Shown here: piece by piece, positions 49,435 through 55,475 of the stretch
How positions within the stretch are numbered: position 1 is the first letter of the stretch
Layout: every line of letters starts with the position of its first letter
Assembly (NCBI GenBank): GCA_049509395.1
Contig: JBEKZY010000040.1
Span: 1 to 55,475 of the forward strand
From: Thermoguttaceae bacterium
Lineage (GTDB): Bacteria; Planctomycetota; Planctomycetia; Pirellulales; Thermoguttaceae
Direction: 5' to 3'
Length of the DNA: 55,475 nt
Notes under the pieces: model-generated
Databases searched by the model: none
What the model was told of the DNA's origin: nothing
What the model saw: only the letters and a program-made list of their open reading frames with translations
Position numbers and translations under genes: made by a program

Positions 49435-52237
49435 AATTGAAATCGGCTCTTCCACGCGCAACTACACGCTCTGCGGCATCGCACTGCTGATCGTGGTCGG
49501 CATCGCCACCGCCGTGAGTTGGCGGATGTATCCGCTGTTCATCGACACTTACTATCACATGGGCGTGATCGAGGGATTCTCCCAGGCGGGCGGCGTTACC
49601 ACGCGGGCCTTTTGGGAACTGGCGCCCGGCGGGCGGGTGCACATTTATCCGCCTTCGCTGCACGTCATCGGATACTTTTTGTCGCTTATCGGCATGTCGC
49701 CGCGGACCTACATCACTCTGGTCAGCGCATTCTGCTATGTCGGCTGCATGCTGACTACTTGGATATGGCTCCGGCAGATCATCGGCGCGCGATCGGCGCT
49801 CTTCGCCATTATCTTTTTGTGCGGACCGTACGGATTCTTCTGGACCCAGGCGGCTTTTACGGCGGTTGCGGGCGTCATGGTCCTGGCCCCGCTTGCCTTC
49901 CTGGCACTGGAAACCGAGCATTTTCTTGCCTGCGGGGTTCTTAATTTTATCGTGATAACGATGCACCCCATCGGGCTTTTCCTGCCTCCCGCACTGGTGA
50001 TCAACACGCTCCTGCGTAGAAAAAAACTCATAGCCGGTTTGCTGGCGGCTTCGCTGCCCGTGGTCTTGTACGGACCGTGGCTGGCTCATATTTGGGCCAA
50101 CCGGGCGTTTTTGCCCGACAACCGCACCGGCGGCGAAATTTCCCTGGGCGGGTTCGGCGGCGGCGCGAATCTCGGATTGTTCCTTGCGCCCTTGGCACTG
50201 CTTTCCATTCCCTGGTTGATCATTCGCCGCGGCCCGGCACTGGGTTTGATCGGCGCATTGCTTGGTTTCGCCGTGGTCTTTCCCATGGGTTTCGGCGGCA
50301 GGTTCCTTTCCTTGAATATCCACTGGCCGCTTGCATGTTTGGCAGGCTACGGGCTGGGGGAACTCGTTCGATGGATTGAAAAGCGCGCCGCGCTTCGTAT
50401 GGGTGTGCAGGTTTTTGCTTTCGCCGTGGCTGGAACCGCGCTGCTCATGTATCCCGCAATCAATTCCCAAACAGGAGGCTTTGGCGGCGGACCGCCGGGC
50501 GGACCGCCGGGCGGACCGCGAGGCGGGGCGCAGGCAGGTATATCAACAGGAGCCAGATTGTGGCAAGAACTGCACTCGATGCTCACTAATTGGCAATTCT
50601 CGGTCCAATCCGCCGCATTGCCGAAATTGTTCGACACATATTCGAGCGAAGGGGCTAATCCAGGAATGGGACCCGGACCGGGCGGCGGCGGCGGAGGGGG
50701 CGGAGGCGGGGGACAAAATCAGCAATCCAATTCCGGACCGCAGGCGGGACCCGGACGAGATATGGGGCCAGGACAAAATGTTCAATCGCCGCGCAGTGCG
50801 GAGCCGGAAAAAAATGCAGGGCCCGGTCCTGCCGCGATACAAGGACGTGATGGTAAACCGGCAAGTAATACAAGCCCGGTAGACATGGGCCCGGGAGGCA
50901 CTGGACAGGCGGATTTGGGACCTGGAGGCATGGGACAGGGAGGCGTGGGACGAGGCGGCGGCATGGGACAAGGCGGAATGGGACAAGGCGGAATGGGACA
51001 AGGCGGAATGGGACGCGGCGGCATGGGGCAAGGTGGGATGGGACGAGGCGGCATGGGGCGCGGCGGCATGATGGGACGCGGCGGTCGAGGCGGAGGCGGC
51101 GGACCAGGCATGCCCGGCGGCATGGATAATATGCTGCGCAGTACAGGCGCCGAGGATTTTATCGCTGCGGTCAAAGAAAATGTCCATCTAGGCGACGTGA
51201 TCCACATCGACGATCCGATGGGCGGATCGATGATTGTCGGCGTCACTGGCAGGTGGACCACGAGCGGCATTCTTCGCGACGTGCGGTCCGAGAACGGCCG
51301 GGCTCAGCCTAAAGACTGCGATTTCAAAGTAGTGCTCAGCCGCGGCATGGGTCCGGGCGGAGGAGGCGGATTTGGCGCGCCGCGCGGACAATCCGCATCA
51401 CAGGATCCGCCTTCCGGTTTCGAAAAGGTCTTCAGTAACGATTTCGGCTCGCTTTACCGAAATACGGCCAAGGTCGATCACCCTCGCCAACCGCTTAAAC
51501 CCGACGTGAGCCTGCTGCTTCTTTCAGTAATCGTGATTGTGGGATTTCTGCTGGTGTTGATCGATTATCTCCCCGTTTCAATCAAGCATGCCCGTCCGGC
51601 GGCTGCGGCAATTGGCACGATCATCGTTGCCCTATGTTTCCTGCCGCTGACGAACACCGCCATTGGCGAGCTTCGCAATCCGCCCTCGGTTTCGCAAACC
51701 CGCTTTGACGGCGGACCAGGCGGCGGCCCCGGATTCGGCGGACCCGGCGGCGGTCCTGGATTTGGTGGACCGGGATTTGGTGGACAAGGATTCGGCCCCG
51801 GGCAATTTATCGCCCAGGCATTTCTCCGGGAAGCGGATACGGACAAGAATGGAACAGTTTCTCTCGATGAGTTTCGCTCTCTTGCGAGGCGATGGTATAA
51901 GAGTTGGGATACCAATCAAAAAGGCTATTTAGAACTTGGGGAAATAACGAAGGGGCTTCAGTCGATCTTCGAGCAGTCGCCCGGCCCGGACGGAAACATG
52001 CCGCCCATGGCTAGACCGCCCGGATTTGGGCCGGGTGAGTTCCTTGCCCGGCGAATTTTCATTGATTGCGACTCCAACGGTGACGGCAAGCTAACACAAG
52101 AGGAGATGGTCGGCGCATTTGAGAAATGGTTCCGCGACTGGGACCAGGGCTCAAAGGGCTCATTAGACGCCACGGAACTGGGAAATGGCCTGCAGCGCAT
52201 TCTAGGCCCCCCGCCCATGTTCGACGGTGATAATTAA
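49418..52237 (+). CDS. polytopic membrane protein with Gly/Pro/Met-rich disordered regions and four EF-hand loops
   Basis: It overlaps the upstream gene by 17 nt, with GGAG 10 nt upstream of the ATG. The N-terminal ~360 aa are multi-TM (LFIDTYYHMGVIEGF loop). It has a (MGQGG)n tract and two further TM helices. The EF loops are DTDKNGTVSLDE, DTNQKGYLELGE, DSNGDGKLTQEE and DQGSKGSLDATE. Confidence 0.75.
50924..51090 (+). repeat. 15-nt coding tandem repeat encoding (G-M-G-Q/R-G)n
   Basis: GGCGGAATGGGACAA-type units are repeated about 10 times with drift, giving GMGQGGVGRGGGMGQGGMGQGGMGQGGMGRGGMGQGGMGRGGMGRGGMMGRGG. Confidence 0.9.
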
Positions 52238-52514
52238 ATCGAAATTGATTACATAAACCGACAAACCGCTTGCGGTTTCGCGATAAGCCGACAAAATGCC
52301 ATTTTCCTGAAATCATCGCCAACTCAAACATCTATCCAAGCACTGGTTTAACGGAATTGGCGTCAATTCCATCTCTAAAGCTCCGTCTGGATCAAGAAAC
52401 TCGTCTAATTATCCAGAACCGCTGCATTCTTTACGTTCGCAACGGATGGTATTACAATAATGGGCGATGCACCTTGGGGGAAGAATACTTTACATTAACC
52501 AATCGGAGGTTTCC

Positions 52515-53831
52515 ATGAATCGCAACCGGCTCTTCTGTCTATTTCCAATTCTCTGTCTAGTCCTGCTTGTGCAGGCCGTGAACGCTCAATCCAAGACTCC
52601 ATTGAATGTCCGCGCATTCGGGGTCGTGGGCGACGGCGCGACCAAGGATACGGCCGCTTTTCAGAAGGCTCTGGACGAGTGTTCGGCCGCCGGAGGAGGC
52701 GAGGTTGTGGTTCCGGAGGGTAATTACCTCATAGGCAGCATCGCGCTAAAATCGAACACCACTCTGCGTCTGGAAAAGGGCGCGAATTTGGCCGGCAGCC
52801 CCGACCTTGACGATTATCCCGTCATCAAAGCCCGCTGGGAGGGGGAATGGGTCGATGCGCATCGCGCACTGGTATCAGCCCAAGACGCCAAGAACATCGC
52901 CGTTTTGGGAGCGGGAAAAATTTCCAGCAATCCGGCCCTGGGCGGACGGCAAATGCCCCGCCGCCCCTGCGTCATCGAGCCGATAAACTGCACCGATGTC
53001 CGCCTGGAAGATTTTTCCCTGCAACAGAAGCACATGTGGGCAATCCATCCCACGTTATGTGAAAACCTGGTCGTCAAAAACATTACCCTTCGCAACACCG
53101 AAACCAACGGCGACGGCATCGACGTCGATTCCTGCAAACACGTCCGCATCGAAAACTGCGACATCGAATCGGGCGACGACTGCATCGCCATCAAGTCGGG
53201 CCGGGGATTGGAAGCCTTTCACGCCGCCAAAGTCACCGAAGACGTGCTGATCTCCAATTGCAAGCTCACCAGTCTGATGTATGCCTGCATCGGCATCGGC
53301 AGCGAAAGCTCCGGCGGCATCCGCAACGTGCGGGTCGAGCATTGCAAATTACTCTCTTCCGCCAAGTTCGCCGTCCATATAAAGAGCCGCGAGGGACGCG
53401 GGGCATTCATGGATGACCTCTCCTTTAAAGACATAGAAGTGGGCAATGCAAAAGGCGGATTCCTCCGGCTCGATCTTCGAAACACCGGCATCGTGGGCGC
53501 CGAACCGGTCCCGGGCGAGGAAGGAATACCATCGGCGAAAAACTACAGCTTTACCGACATCAAGATTGACAAGTGCGGCACCCTGGTCGATGCCAAGGGG
53601 ATTTCGCCGGTCAAACCCCTCGATGGATTTACAATTGAGAATCTCACCGGCACTTGCCAAAAGGGGATGACGATGGTCAACATTACTCACGCCAACCTGC
53701 ACAACATCAATGTGCAGGGCTTTACAGGTCCGCTGTTGTCGACCTCGAACGTGACCGGCGCCGGCCTGGAGGACGCTGTCCCGTATCAGCCTGTCGCCCG
53801 GCCCGCCCGTGACATTGGGGCCGGCGGTTAG
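52515..53831 (+). CDS. glycoside hydrolase family 28 (polygalacturonase-like) with signal peptide
   Basis: Start at the ATG at 52515, preceded by GGAGG. Signal peptide LFCLFPILCLVLLVQAVNAQ, GH28 motifs NGDGIDVDSC, GDDCIAIKSG and VHIKS, with parallel beta-helix periodicity. Confidence 0.85.
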   Translation: MNRNRLFCLFPILCLVLLVQAVNAQSKTPLNVRAFGVVGDGATKDTAAFQKALDECSAAGGGEVVVPEGNYLIGSIALKSNTTLRLEKGANLAGSPDLDDYPVIKARWEGEWVDAHRALVSAQDAKNIAVLGAGKISSNPALGGRQMPRRPCVIEPINCTDVRLEDFSLQQKHMWAIHPTLCENLVVKNITLRNTETNGDGIDVDSCKHVRIENCDIESGDDCIAIKSGRGLEAFHAAKVTEDVLISNCKLTSLMYACIGIGSESSGGIRNVRVEHCKLLSSAKFAVHIKSREGRGAFMDDLSFKDIEVGNAKGGFLRLDLRNTGIVGAEPVPGEEGIPSAKNYSFTDIKIDKCGTLVDAKGISPVKPLDGFTIENLTGTCQKGMTMVNITHANLHNINVQGFTGPLLSTSNVTGAGLEDAVPYQPVARPARDIGAGG

Positions 53832-53863
53832 GCGAATCCGGGCTGGGTTTATATGGAATTTCG

Positions 53864-55090
53864 ATGATTCATTCCGAACGCGCCATACCGCTGGACGACG
53901 CCCTGGGCATCGTAGACCGGGCGCTTTCCGACAGCACGATCTCGAGTCGGAAGGTCGCCGTGCGCGACGGCTTTGGACATATTCTCGCCGCGGATCAGCT
54001 TTCCAAATTGCATCTTCCGCCCTTTGATAAGTCGTCCATGGACGGATACGCCGTCCTCGACGGCGACGTGTGCAATGCCTACAAGGTCCTGGAAACGGTC
54101 ATGGCCGGAAACACGCCGACGGCGTCGCTCCAGGCGGGCGCGGCAGTGAAAGTTATGACCGGCGCCCCGGTTCCGTCGGGCGCGGGCCGGGTTATACCTG
54201 TCGAGCACGTACGACGGCATGGCGACGAAATTGAAGTCATCCGTCCGACGAACGATCGTAATATATGCCCTCAAGGCGAGGATGTGCGTCCCGGCGATAT
54301 GATTCTCCGGGCCGGTTCGCGATTGGGCCCGTTGGAAATCGCCAATCTTATTAGTTGCGGAATTACGGAAGTTGACGTATTCCGGCCGATCCGCCTGGCC
54401 ATATTATCGACGGGCGACGAGATTGTCGATGATCCGCGCGACCTTGGGCCCGGAAAGATTATCAACGCCAACGGGCCGATGCTGGCCTTGTTCGCTCGGC
54501 GGTATTCTATGGAAATAGCCCTCGAAAAATCGATTCCCGACCGGCGCGCCGACACGGTCGAGGCGATTTCAACGGCCCTTAAGTGCGCCGATCTTGTTCT
54601 GCTTTCGGGCGGAGTGTCGGTTGGCGATTACGATTTCGTGGGCGCGGCCTTGGCCGAAGCCGGTCTTTGCGTGCATTTTTCCGCCGTGGCCGTTAAGCCG
54701 GGCCGCCCGCTTACCTTTGCCACGCGCCCCGGCGCGGCGGTTTTCGGTCTTCCGGGCAATCCGGTGTCGGTTTACGTGATGTTTCACCTTTTCGTTTTGC
54801 GCGCGGCTGCGCGGATGTGCGGCAGCCCCTGGACGGCGCGGGAGTTCACGCTTCGCCTGGGCCGCGAATTCCATCGCCGCAAGTTCGATCGCGTTGAATA
54901 TGTCCCCTGCCGCATCGGCGACGACGGCATGTTGATCCCAGTGGAGTATCACGGTTCGGCGCACCTGACCGCCCTCAGCGAAGCCGACGGTCTGTTCATC
55001 GTTCCCTTGGGAATTTCGTCGATTCCGGCCGGTCAGCCCGTTCGTTTTTTCCCCATAATAAAGGAGGGCGGGCATTCCTGCCCGTCATAG
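53864..55090 (+). CDS. moeA: molybdopterin molybdotransferase
   Basis: [52 protein letters not shown]. Confidence 0.92.
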   Translation: MIHSERAIPLDDALGIVDRALSDSTISSRKVAVRDGFGHILAADQLSKLHLPPFDKSSMDGYAVLDGDVCNAYKVLETVMAGNTPTASLQAGAAVKVMTGAPVPSGAGRVIPVEHVRRHGDEIEVIRPTNDRNICPQGEDVRPGDMILRAGSRLGPLEIANLISCGITEVDVFRPIRLAILSTGDEIVDDPRDLGPGKIINANGPMLALFARRYSMEIALEKSIPDRRADTVEAISTALKCADLVLLSGGVSVGDYDFVGAALAEAGLCVHFSAVAVKPGRPLTFATRPGAAVFGLPGNPVSVYVMFHLFVLRAAARMCGSPWTAREFTLRLGREFHRRKFDRVEYVPCRIGDDGMLIPVEYHGSAHLTALSEADGLFIVPLGISSIPAGQPVRFFPIIKEGGHSCPS

Positions 55091-55098
55091 GAGTAGCG

Positions 55099-55475
55099 AT
55101 GATCGACCGTTTCGGACGAACAATCGACTATCTGAGAATTTCGGTGACCGACCGGTGCAACTTGCGCTGCCGCTATTGCATGCCGCCAGGGGGCGTGCGC
55201 CTTCTTCGACACCAGGATATTCTGAGTTTTGAAGAGATCGTCGACGTGGCCCAATGCGCAATCGGGCTTGGATTGGCCAAAATTCGCCTGACCGGCGGCG
55301 AACCTCTTGTGCGCCGGGACATCGAAACACTCGTCGGCCTTTTGGCAGACATTAAAGGACTGGCCGATCTGGCAATGACCACCAACGGCCTGCTCTTGTC
55401 CGAATACGCGATGAAGCTGGCAGACGCCGGCTTGCGGCGAGTCAACGTCAGCCTTGACGCCATCGATCCGGACAA
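55099..55475 (+). CDS. moaA: GTP 3',8-cyclase (radical SAM), 5' partial, runs off the window
   Basis: It is not in the ORF track because there is no stop in the window. The ATG at 55099 is preceded by AGGAG, and translation gives [40 protein letters not shown]. Confidence 0.9.
   Translation, partial: MIDRFGRTIDYLRISVTDRCNLRCRYCMPPGGVRLLRHQDILSFEEIVDVAQCAIGLGLAKIRLTGGEPLVRRDIETLVGLLADIKGLADLAMTTNGLLLSEYAMKLADAGLRRVNVSLDAIDPD

Noticed and set aside
50924-51090. Tandem repeats as a possible CRISPR array (also 14424-14483 and the heptad arrays at 35301, 37714 and 38190)
   Set aside because: The units are contiguous with no spacers, very short (7-15 nt), and one array is clearly coding. No cas genes are present in the window.

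Overview
This is a GC-rich chromosomal segment with discrete AT-rich islets. The gene content suggests a Planctomycetota (Pirellulales-like) genome, by inference from a DUF1559 protein with a prepilin-type N-terminus, a YTV-repeat-like ORF, an ECF sigma factor coupled to a TPR Ser/Thr kinase, and a TMTC-like TPR membrane protein. The backbone is housekeeping: gatB, a 6-phosphofructokinase, a glycyl-radical enzyme with its activase, exported msrA/msrB, trpC, purH, a complete F1Fo ATP synthase operon (atpZ/I-like, B, E, F, H, A, G, D, C), a GH28 hydrolase, moeA and the 5' part of moaA. Regulators include two ECF sigma factors, a REC-GGDEF-CBS response regulator and a TPR Ser/Thr kinase. A heavy load of small repeat or selfish DNA is superimposed on this backbone. 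(1) The atp operon is interrupted between atpA/atpG and atpG/atpD by an orphan ORF, an IS200-like RAYT transposase bracketed by about 200-bp nested-hairpin direct repeats, and a four-helix-bundle (23S rRNA IVS-type) gene bounded by inverted 40-nt (ATTGCAA)n heptad arrays. (2) A MITE-like family with GGGTAGC..GGTTCTTGAACC termini has at least six copies. (3) Hairpin modules are inserted in frame inside three coding regions: the TMTC-like gene, the glycyl-radical enzyme and a methyltransferase domain. The most system-like unknown is a translationally coupled three-gene operon at 45413-52237. It encodes a GT2 polyprenyl-P-sugar-synthase-like protein, a 1018-aa methyltransferase / 2x[4Fe-4S] / FrhB-like / flippase-like fusion, and a 939-aa polytopic protein with (MGQGG)n repeats and four EF-hand loops. 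It is divergent from the ECF sigma/kinase pair, and I read it as a candidate undescribed envelope glycoconjugate-modification system. Other oddities are an in-frame TAA inside a YTV-like gene, a homopolymer frameshift in a DUF4912 gene, a roughly 1320-aa protein with no recognisable domains, and an AT-rich islet between gatB and pfk. All functional calls rest on motif recognition by eye; no database search was possible.
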